Of a DNA stretch of 37,714 bases, positions 21,407 to 30,363 are shown piece by piece. The notes under the pieces are model-generated. The model was not told where the DNA came from, did no database searches, and was given only the letters and a program-made list of their open reading frames with translations. The DNA is taken from NCBI GenBank assembly GCA_018302165.1, contig JAGWAA010000003.1, positions 1-37,714 on the forward strand. The letters are read 5' to 3'. The stretch comes from Candidatus Woesearchaeota archaeon. Its GTDB lineage: Archaea > Nanobdellota > Nanobdellia > SCGC-AAA011-G17 > GW2011-AR17. Within the stretch, counting starts at the first letter, position 1. Each line of letters opens with the position of its first letter. A program made the translations under genes and the position numbers.

Positions 21407-21602
21407 CAGCTTCAGCTTCTTCTTTTGTCATTCTTCCCAATTTATTAAAAGAATAATCTCCTTCTGAAGACCTATTCTCTCTTGAGACTTGTAATTTTGG
21501 AATACCATTATTGTATGCAAATACACCAACAGTTATTTTTGTCGTTTCAAATTCAACTTCTTCATGAAAAAGTTCTTTATCCAGGTTTTTATCAAATGCC
21601 AT
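21369..21602 (-). CDS. small conserved-looking protein, possible PC4/YdbC-like ssDNA-binding fold
   Basis: VGVFAYNNGIPKLQVSRE...KLGRMTKEEA pattern. Confidence 0.55.
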   Translation of the reverse strand: MAFDKNLDKELFHEEVEFETTKITVGVFAYNNGIPKLQVSRENRSSEGDYSFNKLGRMTKEEAEAVIPLMKKALEKM

Positions 21603-21729
21603 AGGGATTAAAATTTTTAGAGATTATAAAAACCTTTCTGAAAATTTTCCGGATTTTCTTAGTAAACCTTTTTTAAGCCAATTTTTCTAAATTAAACTGA
21701 AAGTCTAGACTTCTTCAAGGCATTGGGAG

Positions 21730-22230
21730 GTGCTTAATATGTTAGAGAACTTAGTGCGAACTGCAATAAGAAGAGAAGATTTAGACATTGATTACAATGG
21801 CTACACAGCAACAAACCATTTTGGATGGGAATACCAAGTTTCAATTGAACAAAGCGAATCTTGTCTTGAACCTTCTTATATCAAACCATTACAAAAAAAG
21901 ATTGTATTAAAAACAGGTTGTGAAGTATCAGATCAAGGCCATTATTTATCTCATGCATTAGCCCACGAATTAGGCCATTCAGAAACATTCTTTGTAACAA
22001 CACCCATATTAGCAATAATTGCTTTTGCAGGTTTAAGACATGCATACAAAGAACATTCAATTAAAACATTCCTTTATACTTGCGCAACTGTAGCCTCATA
22101 TAGATTAGTTGTTGACGAAGCCGCAGCAGAAATTGCAGCATCTGTAAATCATGGAACAATAATGATGGATTGGAGAGGCGAATTAACAAGCTTAGTAAAT
22201 TTTAGTAGAAATGTCATTGATTTATTTTAA
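21730..22230 (+). CDS. putative membrane zincin metalloprotease
   Basis: LAHELGH (HExxH), hydrophobic segments and downstream DEAAAE; GGGAGG SD. Confidence 0.55.
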   Translation: MLNMLENLVRTAIRREDLDIDYNGYTATNHFGWEYQVSIEQSESCLEPSYIKPLQKKIVLKTGCEVSDQGHYLSHALAHELGHSETFFVTTPILAIIAFAGLRHAYKEHSIKTFLYTCATVASYRLVVDEAAAEIAASVNHGTIMMDWRGELTSLVNFSRNVIDLF

Positions 22231-23134
22231 AATCCACACAAATCCTAAATCTACCAGGAGCATATTGCCCACACCTAACTACCTTCAAGATTTTCGCAGT
22301 TTTTACATTTTTTTTAATTTTTTGAATAGCTTTCTCAGGAATATCTTTTTCATCACAAAAATCATAAAAATGTATTATTCCATTTTTCTTCAATAATTTT
22401 AAAGCATTCCCCAAAAAAGCTTCAGCACTTTTAGGCAACGGCATCAAAATCCTATCAAACTTCTCATTAAAATTAAAATTCATTGCATCCTCATTAAATA
22501 ATTTTATATTAGAATATTTTCTACAATTATATTCGGCATACTTATGAGCAACAGGATTCTTTTCCACGCCTACAATCAACGCAGGTTTAGAATGTTTAGC
22601 AATAACCAAAGGATAAGGTCCAACCCCAGAAAAAAACACTAAAACATTTTCTTTATCTTTTATTAATGATGCAATCCTCATTCTTTCTGTCCCTAATCGT
22701 GGAGAAAAATAACATTTTTCAACATCAATTTTCATTTGTACACCATTCTCTCGATAAATAGTTTCTTTTCTTTTTTCACCAGCAATAAATTCTAAATCCT
22801 GTGTTCTAAATTCACCATGATGAATACCAACCTTTCTCAAAACCACTTTAACATTTGGAACATTAATTAATTTTTTTGCATCAGTATTAGAAACATCTTC
22901 ACCAGCTATAACAATATCCCCAATTTGATCATAATTTAATAATTCTAATTTTATTTTTTTTATTTTTTCACATTCTTTCTCCAAAATTTCATAGCCCTTA
23001 ACATCTTTCTCAATAGGTAGATACAAATAATCTCTTCCAGAAACAGGCTTATACCCTTTAGCTAATACTCCTAATTGTATCAATTTTTGTTTGGTTTTTT
23101 CAGCATCTTTTTTCAAGACTTTAACACATTTCAT
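22214..23134 (-). CDS. trm5: tRNA m1G37 methyltransferase Trm5 (Met-10+ family)
   Basis: YDQIGDI, GEFRT, YRENG, YFSPRLGTERMR, FSGVGPY, EKNP, DRILMPLP. Confidence 0.9.
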   Translation of the reverse strand: MKCVKVLKKDAEKTKQKLIQLGVLAKGYKPVSGRDYLYLPIEKDVKGYEILEKECEKIKKIKLELLNYDQIGDIVIAGEDVSNTDAKKLINVPNVKVVLRKVGIHHGEFRTQDLEFIAGEKRKETIYRENGVQMKIDVEKCYFSPRLGTERMRIASLIKDKENVLVFFSGVGPYPLVIAKHSKPALIVGVEKNPVAHKYAEYNCRKYSNIKLFNEDAMNFNFNEKFDRILMPLPKSAEAFLGNALKLLKKNGIIHFYDFCDEKDIPEKAIQKIKKNVKTAKILKVVRCGQYAPGRFRICVDFKINQ

Positions 23135-23169
23135 ACATAATTAGAATAAGATAGAATTTATAAAAATAA

Positions 23170-23559
23170 CTAACGCTTAACTAAATTTAATACTTCATCA
23201 ATAGAACTATCTCGAGTTAAATTTCTTTCAATAACAATCACATCAGAAAATACTTGCTTAAACTCAGACACTGCCTTACCCATAGGATCAATTTCGAATA
23301 TTTCCCGCTTCATACATTCCAAATTCAACCAATATTTAAACTGAGCCCCAGAATAATTACTCCCATTATAATTTAAATTCCTATAGAAATGTACTCTATA
23401 TCTACTAATTGACTCAGAATCCAACCAAACCATAGTTGAATCTTCAAATAAAGGATCATTAGTAATTACATCAACTAGCTTAAATCTTTCTTTCAAGAAT
23501 GTTCTTACAGGATCAAAATCAAAAGAATCAGGAAGATAAAACAATACGCCATAGATCAT
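23170..23559 (-). CDS. hypothetical protein
   Basis: 129-aa ORF between fen and trm5. Confidence 0.5.
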   Translation of the reverse strand: MIYGVLFYLPDSFDFDPVRTFLKERFKLVDVITNDPLFEDSTMVWLDSESISRYRVHFYRNLNYNGSNYSGAQFKYWLNLECMKREIFEIDPMGKAVSEFKQVFSDVIVIERNLTRDSSIDEVLNLVKR

Positions 23560-23594
23560 CCAAAAAACAAAAAATCTTCATTTTAAAAAGCCTT

Positions 23595-24599
23595 CTAAAA
23601 CCACTTACTCAAACTATCTTTGGGTTTTAATCCCTTTAGTTTCTCTAAAGTTGACTCAACTCTCTCAAGAGAAAAATCATGCTCATCAACTAATATTGCT
23701 TTGACTTTTTCCTCATCCAATCTTTCTTTCTTCAATACAACATCTTCTACAGGAATTTTCTTAAAAGTTTCAAATATTTCTTCCCAATCAAAATCAGTTT
23801 CTAATTTAGAAAATATATCCTCAAATTTTTTAGTTTCATGCAATAACTTCAACGCTTTCTTCGGCCCGATACCATTAACACCACCAGGATTATAATCAGT
23901 ACCTATTAAAATTCCCAAAATAATTAATTGATCTTGAGTCAAATTATTTTTTTCTAATACATCCTTTAATTCAACTAAATATGGAGCAATAAAAACATAT
24001 TTTCCTCCTGTAATTTTTCTTTTCTGTGATAATGTCAAATTAAAAACTAATTTTGGAGCTCCAAATAATAATGAATCATAATCCTGTGATGCACTAGCCC
24101 AAACTAATTTTTTCTTAACCATATATGCACACTGTGCTTCAGCCTCAGATGGTGCTTGAACAACAGGTAACCCTAATGCATTCAAAAGTTCCATAGATTC
24201 ATCAAACATTTTTGTATTCACAAAAGTCAATTGTTTGGCATATTTACTAGAACCTTCAGTATCTTCTCTAACCATTGCCTGATTATATTTATCAAACGCT
24301 TTATCTTTTGCTTCTCTTCTTTTTTCTCTAACTTTTTCTTTCAAATGTGGCGCAACTCCATCAAATACAAATATTGGAGTAATCCCTTTTTGTAATAGAT
24401 TAGGAACACGAGAGAATAACCCCACTAAATGTGAAGTAACATTTCCATTTTCATCCATTAAAGCAGTCCCATCTTGTTGCCTTATAGAACTCAGAAATTG
24501 AAATATAACATTAGAAGCATCAACAGAAAGAGTTTTACCATTAAGCTCATCCCATTTCAAATCCCTTTTATCAACTAACTCAGAAATCTTTACTCCCAT
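23595..24599 (-). CDS. fen: Flap endonuclease 1
   Basis: MGVKISEL start, QFLSSIRQQDG, FVFDG, APSEAEAQ, SQDYDSLLFG, GTDYNPGG, C-terminal PIP-like SLSKWF. Confidence 0.96.
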   Translation of the reverse strand: MGVKISELVDKRDLKWDELNGKTLSVDASNVIFQFLSSIRQQDGTALMDENGNVTSHLVGLFSRVPNLLQKGITPIFVFDGVAPHLKEKVREKRREAKDKAFDKYNQAMVREDTEGSSKYAKQLTFVNTKMFDESMELLNALGLPVVQAPSEAEAQCAYMVKKKLVWASASQDYDSLLFGAPKLVFNLTLSQKRKITGGKYVFIAPYLVELKDVLEKNNLTQDQLIILGILIGTDYNPGGVNGIGPKKALKLLHETKKFEDIFSKLETDFDWEEIFETFKKIPVEDVVLKKERLDEEKVKAILVDEHDFSLERVESTLEKLKGLKPKDSLSKWF

Positions 24600-24656
24600 A
24601 ATCAATAAATAATAGAAATTCATATAAATAGATTTCCTCTCAAAAAACTATAAAAG

Positions 24657-25307
24657 ATGGTGATTAAAAAAGTTTCTTTCAAGCATGGATGGTGGTATTT
24701 TTATAGAGTCCACGAACCAAAAACAAAACAATTAACAAAACAATTTCCAGAATTAAAAACATTTTTGTATGATGTATTTGAAAATTGCCCTCACGATTAT
24801 TTTTCTTTAGAACCCAGATCCTCAAAATTAACTTTTAACTTAAATAATCTAAACCTACAACCTGTACTAAATCATGAAGTAAATATTCTCGCAAAAAATG
24901 GTTTAGAGAATAACGCAAAGAGATTCACAACAGCCCATCCAAAAGTCCAAATGTTTATGCTTGAAGAGGACTCAAACACAATCGCAATCGAAGTTCCTTT
25001 ATGGTTACAACCAACAGAACTAGACCATTATGAAAATATTTTCAACTCAAAAAACCCATTAACAGGCCATATTGATGCATTAAGAATCGAAGATGACAAA
25101 ATTTGGATATGGGACTACAAACCAAACGCCCACTTAGAAAAATATGCTTCTACTCAAACATTCTTTTATGCCTATATGTTATCAAAACGCACCCAAATAC
25201 CTTTAGAAAATTTTAGATGCGGTTATTTTGATTCCAAAAACACTTATGTTTTTAATCCAGAGATATGCAAAGTTCCAAGAATTATACAGCAAAAACTTTT
25301 AAAATAG
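24657..25307 (+). CDS. PD-(D/E)XK nuclease family protein
   Basis: EVPLW...TGHIDAL...WDYKP...QTFFYA. Confidence 0.75.
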   Translation: MVIKKVSFKHGWWYFYRVHEPKTKQLTKQFPELKTFLYDVFENCPHDYFSLEPRSSKLTFNLNNLNLQPVLNHEVNILAKNGLENNAKRFTTAHPKVQMFMLEEDSNTIAIEVPLWLQPTELDHYENIFNSKNPLTGHIDALRIEDDKIWIWDYKPNAHLEKYASTQTFFYAYMLSKRTQIPLENFRCGYFDSKNTYVFNPEICKVPRIIQQKLLK

Positions 25308-25325
25308 CCATTATATCAAATATCT

Positions 25326-26441
25326 ATGCAAAAGTTAACATTAGTCTTTAGTGATATAGAAGTTGGTATTGGAAATAATACTGACGACTTTGTTGAAGAC
25401 AAATTATTTTGTGAAACACTAAGATCAAATTTTCACTATCACAAAAAATATAATATAGATTTAGTTTTAAACGGAGATATATTTGATTTTCTAAAAGCAC
25501 CCTATAAAAATACTTATCCTAGGCACATTACTGAAAATATTTCCCTTTGGAAACTCGAACATATGCATAAAGCCCACCCAGATTTTTTTAATATTTTAAA
25601 TGAATTCATTAATTTGGGTAATACAAGAATAATATTTATAATAGGAAATCATGATTACAATATTATTTATAGTAAGATAAAAAAAGAATTAAGAAAAATA
25701 ATTTTAAAAGACAAAGTTAAAATGAAAAAGAAAATTGTCTTCCCAGGTTTTGAATTTAAAAGCTATCAAGTATTATTCGAACATGGTTCCCAATTAGACC
25801 AATTTTTCAGAGTTGATCCAAATACATTAATTCATCCAAAAATTCAAACTGTAATTGAAGAACCTTTTTTATTAGTTCCATGGGGATATAATGCCCTTAA
25901 AGAACATTTCATAAAAATCAAAGAAGAATTTCCTATGTTAGAAAGAATTTTTCCAAAGAATAAAACATTAAATACATTAAATAACCAAGTCAAAAAAAGA
26001 GTAATTATTGACACATTTTTTTATATGTTAAAATCATTTTTTTATACACAATTTAGATACAAAAAAGACAAATTATATAATTTTACCTGGGAAGATTTTA
26101 AAAAATATATGAGAAATTTTCTTAAAAAAGATTATGATGTTAAATTTGAAGATAAAGCAGAAATTAAACTTCTTTCCAGTAAATTCAAAGTAATCTCTTA
26201 TGGACATAACCATGTATCATCATTATACAAAATAAAAGAGAAATATATTTTAAACACAAATACTTGGCGTGATGAATACGAATATTCCGAAAACACAAAA
26301 ACTTATCTTCCTACAAAAAAAAGTTATGGATTTATTATTCATGATAAACAAAAAATTTACAAGATAAAATTAATTTATGTAAATTCTCAACAAAAAGAAT
26401 TAAAACCTTCTGAAATTAAAGGATTAAAAACCTTTCAATGA
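25326..26441 (+). CDS. Calcineurin-like metallophosphoesterase
   Basis: FSDIE, LNGDIFD, IGNHD, EHG, GHNH. Confidence 0.8.
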   Translation: MQKLTLVFSDIEVGIGNNTDDFVEDKLFCETLRSNFHYHKKYNIDLVLNGDIFDFLKAPYKNTYPRHITENISLWKLEHMHKAHPDFFNILNEFINLGNTRIIFIIGNHDYNIIYSKIKKELRKIILKDKVKMKKKIVFPGFEFKSYQVLFEHGSQLDQFFRVDPNTLIHPKIQTVIEEPFLLVPWGYNALKEHFIKIKEEFPMLERIFPKNKTLNTLNNQVKKRVIIDTFFYMLKSFFYTQFRYKKDKLYNFTWEDFKKYMRNFLKKDYDVKFEDKAEIKLLSSKFKVISYGHNHVSSLYKIKEKYILNTNTWRDEYEYSENTKTYLPTKKSYGFIIHDKQKIYKIKLIYVNSQQKELKPSEIKGLKTFQ

Positions 26442-28673
26442 TCTTTGCCCAGATAACATATCTTCAAATTTTAAATTAATAAAAGATAATATAGAATCAG
26501 CAATAGGTTTGAGTTGTTTATTGATATAATGTTCATAATCATATTTTCCTTTAATCAGTTCAATAGGCTCAACTCCTTCAGTAGTATAAACATATCTAAC
26601 AATATATCCTTTAAAATTCTTCAATTTACGAGCAGCTTTAACATGTGGTGGTGTTGTTTTAGTATATTCATCCAAAGATTTCTGCAAACCTTTTTTATAC
26701 ACCAGCAAATCATCAAATTTTCCACTCTTCAAATCTTTAATAAAATTAAATACAAAATCCTCAACTTTTCTTCCCATAAAAACTCTCATCAACAAAGCTT
26801 CCTGAAATTTCTTCGCCAAAGGTGTCCAATCTCCACGCACAGCTTCCATACCAGTAATATCTAATTTCCCATCAATTAACCCTGCATATCTTTTCTTTGC
26901 ACCTTTTTCTTCTCCTCTTAAACGCGGCATTAAAAATTTTGTATAAGCTTTATCAAATTCTAAATACATAAAAGATTCAATATTATATTCATCTTTAACA
27001 TAATCTTTCAAAATTTTATTCATTTTATTTTCTAATTCTTTTCCTAATTTTTTAGGATCCTCTTTTGCAACAACAAAAACAGAATCAGTATCAGAATAAA
27101 TTACTTCATAACCCTCTTCTCTAATCCAAGAAGCCATCTTTTTAATAAAAAATCTTGCAAACGCAGTAATAGCATTAGCCAATTCTAAATTATAATATCT
27201 ACACATAGGTGAAGCCATAACTCCATAAAAAGAATTCAACAAAATCTTAATCGCATACCTTCCAGTCTCATCTTTATTTTTTTTATATTCCTCTCTAACT
27301 TCTAATAAATCCTTAATTATTACCGGCATCAACCCTTCTTCTTTAGAAAAGGTTGCACCATTTGGAGCTTTGATTCCTTTCTTACCAAAAGTTAATGGAT
27401 CAATATTAAAAGTTCTCATCAATGAAGGATACAACGATTTAAAATCCAAAACCACAATCCCATCATACAATCCTGGTTTAGATTCCATTACATATGCCCC
27501 AGTAATAGGCTCATCTTTCTCATGATGTCCAAGAGAAGGTGCAACATATCCTCTATCTCTTAATTTTTTTAAATAGATAGAATCCAAAGCTGCAATACTT
27601 CCTCTAACATTATCCAACATTAACCCAGTGAGCAAACTTCTTTTTGTATACAATGCAAGCAAATTACTTTTTTTCAAAATATTCAAAACTAACTCTGAAT
27701 CCTTCAAATTATAATAAACCAATTTTTGTTTATCCTTAATAAATAATTTTTCAATATCATTCCCCTTATCAATAAATTGCACATTTTTCCCTTCACCCAC
27801 ATAATATTGCGCAGCTGTTTCTAATTTATAATCGTTTAACTTTAAATTATTTTTAACCCAAGCCATTAAATCAACTACTTGTCTTCCTTCTGCAACAACT
27901 TTCGAAGTATCAAAAAATCCCTCTCTAATAATAAGTTTAGAAGGACTATTTATTCTTCCCAAAACAAAAGGCACTTCTAATTTTTTACATCGTTTCTGAA
28001 TAACTTTCAAATCAAAATCAATAACACTCCATCCAGTAATTAAATCTGGATCTAACTCTTTGATCAAAACAAAAAATCTTTCCAACATATCTTTTTCAGT
28101 TTTAAAATGTTCAGCAAGTTTCAAAGATTCATCTGCAACAATTAACACTTTTCTATAATCTTCCATCACCAAAGAAATACAATAAATCTCTTTTGCAGTT
28201 TTATCAGTCTCAATATCAATCGCTAGAATTTTCAAATTAATTTTTGCTTCACAATTCTTCAACTCAGGATCTCTATAAACTTTTATTCCTTCTTGATATT
28301 CAAAATCTCCTTTGACTTCAACAGCTCCCTGAATCTTGTTATCAATTAAAAATCTTTGTGCATACTTAATATCTGCCTCATAAGTCTTAATTTTTTCTCC
28401 TTCAAACTCTTTTCTAAGTTTAACAATATCAGAAGGAAGATCCTTAAAAATTTTAACAACCTTTTTCTCATCAAAAGTTTTCAATTTCACTTCTTCAAAA
28501 TCAAAATCTTCAATTTCCTGTGCTTTTTTCAAATCATTTTCTTGAACAAAAAAATAAGGTCTGAAATAATTCAAAGTCAAAAACGCTTCATTATCTTCAC
28601 TTCTACCAAACAACGCAACATAAGCTCTTCCACCAATTACTTTGTAAGTTGCATCAACGATAAACCCTTTCAT
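26424..28673 (-). CDS. polB: Family B DNA polymerase, Pol II-like
   Basis: Exo I IDIET, Exo III YNLKDS, motif A DFKSLYPS, motif B KILLNSFYG, motif C YSDTDS, KKRYAG, PIP-like QRSLKGF. Confidence 0.93.
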   Translation of the reverse strand: MKGFIVDATYKVIGGRAYVALFGRSEDNEAFLTLNYFRPYFFVQENDLKKAQEIEDFDFEEVKLKTFDEKKVVKIFKDLPSDIVKLRKEFEGEKIKTYEADIKYAQRFLIDNKIQGAVEVKGDFEYQEGIKVYRDPELKNCEAKINLKILAIDIETDKTAKEIYCISLVMEDYRKVLIVADESLKLAEHFKTEKDMLERFFVLIKELDPDLITGWSVIDFDLKVIQKRCKKLEVPFVLGRINSPSKLIIREGFFDTSKVVAEGRQVVDLMAWVKNNLKLNDYKLETAAQYYVGEGKNVQFIDKGNDIEKLFIKDKQKLVYYNLKDSELVLNILKKSNLLALYTKRSLLTGLMLDNVRGSIAALDSIYLKKLRDRGYVAPSLGHHEKDEPITGAYVMESKPGLYDGIVVLDFKSLYPSLMRTFNIDPLTFGKKGIKAPNGATFSKEEGLMPVIIKDLLEVREEYKKNKDETGRYAIKILLNSFYGVMASPMCRYYNLELANAITAFARFFIKKMASWIREEGYEVIYSDTDSVFVVAKEDPKKLGKELENKMNKILKDYVKDEYNIESFMYLEFDKAYTKFLMPRLRGEEKGAKKRYAGLIDGKLDITGMEAVRGDWTPLAKKFQEALLMRVFMGRKVEDFVFNFIKDLKSGKFDDLLVYKKGLQKSLDEYTKTTPPHVKAARKLKNFKGYIVRYVYTTEGVEPIELIKGKYDYEHYINKQLKPIADSILSFINLKFEDMLSGQRSLKGF

Positions 28674-28698
28674 AACTTCCTTAAAGTTTTACCTATAT

Positions 28699-29202
28699 TT
28701 ATATCTTCACGTTAAGTAGATCTATTAAATAATCAAACTTATATTCTTGTAAAATCAAATCAGAACTATAATTTTGAATTATTTTAGAAAATTTATATCT
28801 AATTTCTTTTAAAACATCATCAAAATTACCCAAATCCTTCGCTGCAATAGTTATATCATAATCCCATTCTCCAGATATTTTAACTACATAAGTAACTTGA
28901 GGATTAGCAACAAGAAATGCTACAAATTGTTTCTCCAGAGACTCATCTAAATTATGTAATTTTATATGCACATAAGAATAGATTGGAAATCCTAAGGCTG
29001 AAGGATTTAATATAGTTGTATAAAATTTAATAACATTTAATTTTTCTAATTTATTGATACGATATGCAACACTATCTCTCTGAATTTTACTTTTCTTAGA
29101 AATTTCACTTATTGACATTCTAGCATCTTGACTTAATAATTCTAATATTTTTTTATCCTTAGAATCTAATTTTATTGAAGGACTAGAAATTATATTATTC
29201 AT
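28699..29202 (-). CDS. Lrp/AsnC transcriptional regulator
   Basis: LDSKDKKILELLSQDARMSISEISKK...RINKLEKLNVI; ISGEWDY. Confidence 0.9.
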   Translation of the reverse strand: MNNIISSPSIKLDSKDKKILELLSQDARMSISEISKKSKIQRDSVAYRINKLEKLNVIKFYTTILNPSALGFPIYSYVHIKLHNLDESLEKQFVAFLVANPQVTYVVKISGEWDYDITIAAKDLGNFDDVLKEIRYKFSKIIQNYSSDLILQEYKFDYLIDLLNVKI

Positions 29203-29324
29203 AAGATTAAATTAGAATAAAACTATATAAATATTTCGTATTTTACGTAATTATTTGAAGAAAGTTTAATAAATAAATTACAAAACTTACTTTATTATCC
29301 AAAAGTAGTAAAGGCAAAACAAAT

Positions 29325-29711
29325 ATGAAAGAATCAATAACATTAAAGAAAGAAGAAGATAGTGAAAAATATTTATTTGAGCTTACAGTACCCTATAGAT
29401 TTTCTATAACAGAACCAGATAAAGTAATTCCTATACCATTTTCATATCTTCCTAGAGGTATCATGTATAATTCAATGGAAATAAACAAATTTATAGAAAA
29501 AACAGTTCCAATAATATTAAGAGAAATGTTAAATAAACAACCTTATGATTTAGAATATACAATAAACCCAAGACTCTTTGAAGACGATCAAAAATCATTA
29601 GATAGAAAAGTTACATTTAGATTTAATGTTTATACAGCAACAGGTAAAGTAAAATTAAAAGACCTTGAACAAAGAACTTCAACTTTATACCCATTCCATA
29701 AAACAATATAA
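29325..29711 (+). CDS. hypothetical protein
   Basis: 128-aa ORF. Confidence 0.55.
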   Translation: MKESITLKKEEDSEKYLFELTVPYRFSITEPDKVIPIPFSYLPRGIMYNSMEINKFIEKTVPIILREMLNKQPYDLEYTINPRLFEDDQKSLDRKVTFRFNVYTATGKVKLKDLEQRTSTLYPFHKTI

Positions 29712-29797
29712 TTATTATTTGGAAGAGTTAGATTTATCAAAATGAAAAAATGTATTTAAATTTATGTAATTATATCAAAATATTATTTTAAAGAAGA

Positions 29798-30331
29798 TTA
29801 GATAAAGAACGACTGAATTTGCTCTATAACTAATTGAAATTGTGCATTATAATCTTCAAAAAGTTTTGAATAAGATTCAACAGAAAAAGAATAATCACCT
29901 TGATGTGCATTTCTCAAAGCTTCGTTTATTCGACTATAACTTTCAAAGAAAGATTCAGGACTAGGCAAAGAAGAATATTTTTTTCCATTAAACCTACTCG
30001 TTATAAGAAAAGATAGATCATAAGATAAAACTGTTGCTCTTAAGGGTATTTCAAGTTGTTTCCTACGAGAAGATTTTACTACTTTAACTTCAAGTTCACA
30101 ACCTAACAAAAATGCCGCAAATAATCTACTATGTCCACCATCACTTTTATCATCACCAAATATTCCATCAAAAGAAGATATAAGATAAGAATCATCATTA
30201 GGATTATGATCTAATCTTACTTCAGGAATACTATCACCATCAATCATCCCTCTCATAAGAACAACCATATTTGGAATATATCTACATTCATTATCTACAA
30301 ATACATTATTTTGACTAGGATTAAATTTCAT
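29798..30331 (-). CDS. hypothetical protein, possible ParB/Srx-like domain
   Basis: IPEVRL...DGGHSRLFAAFLLG resembles the ParB DGHxR motif. Confidence 0.45.
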   Translation of the reverse strand: MKFNPSQNNVFVDNECRYIPNMVVLMRGMIDGDSIPEVRLDHNPNDDSYLISSFDGIFGDDKSDGGHSRLFAAFLLGCELEVKVVKSSRRKQLEIPLRATVLSYDLSFLITSRFNGKKYSSLPSPESFFESYSRINEALRNAHQGDYSFSVESYSKLFEDYNAQFQLVIEQIQSFFI

Positions 30332-30363
30332 ATTAAAAAAAAGAAAATAAATACTATATAAAT

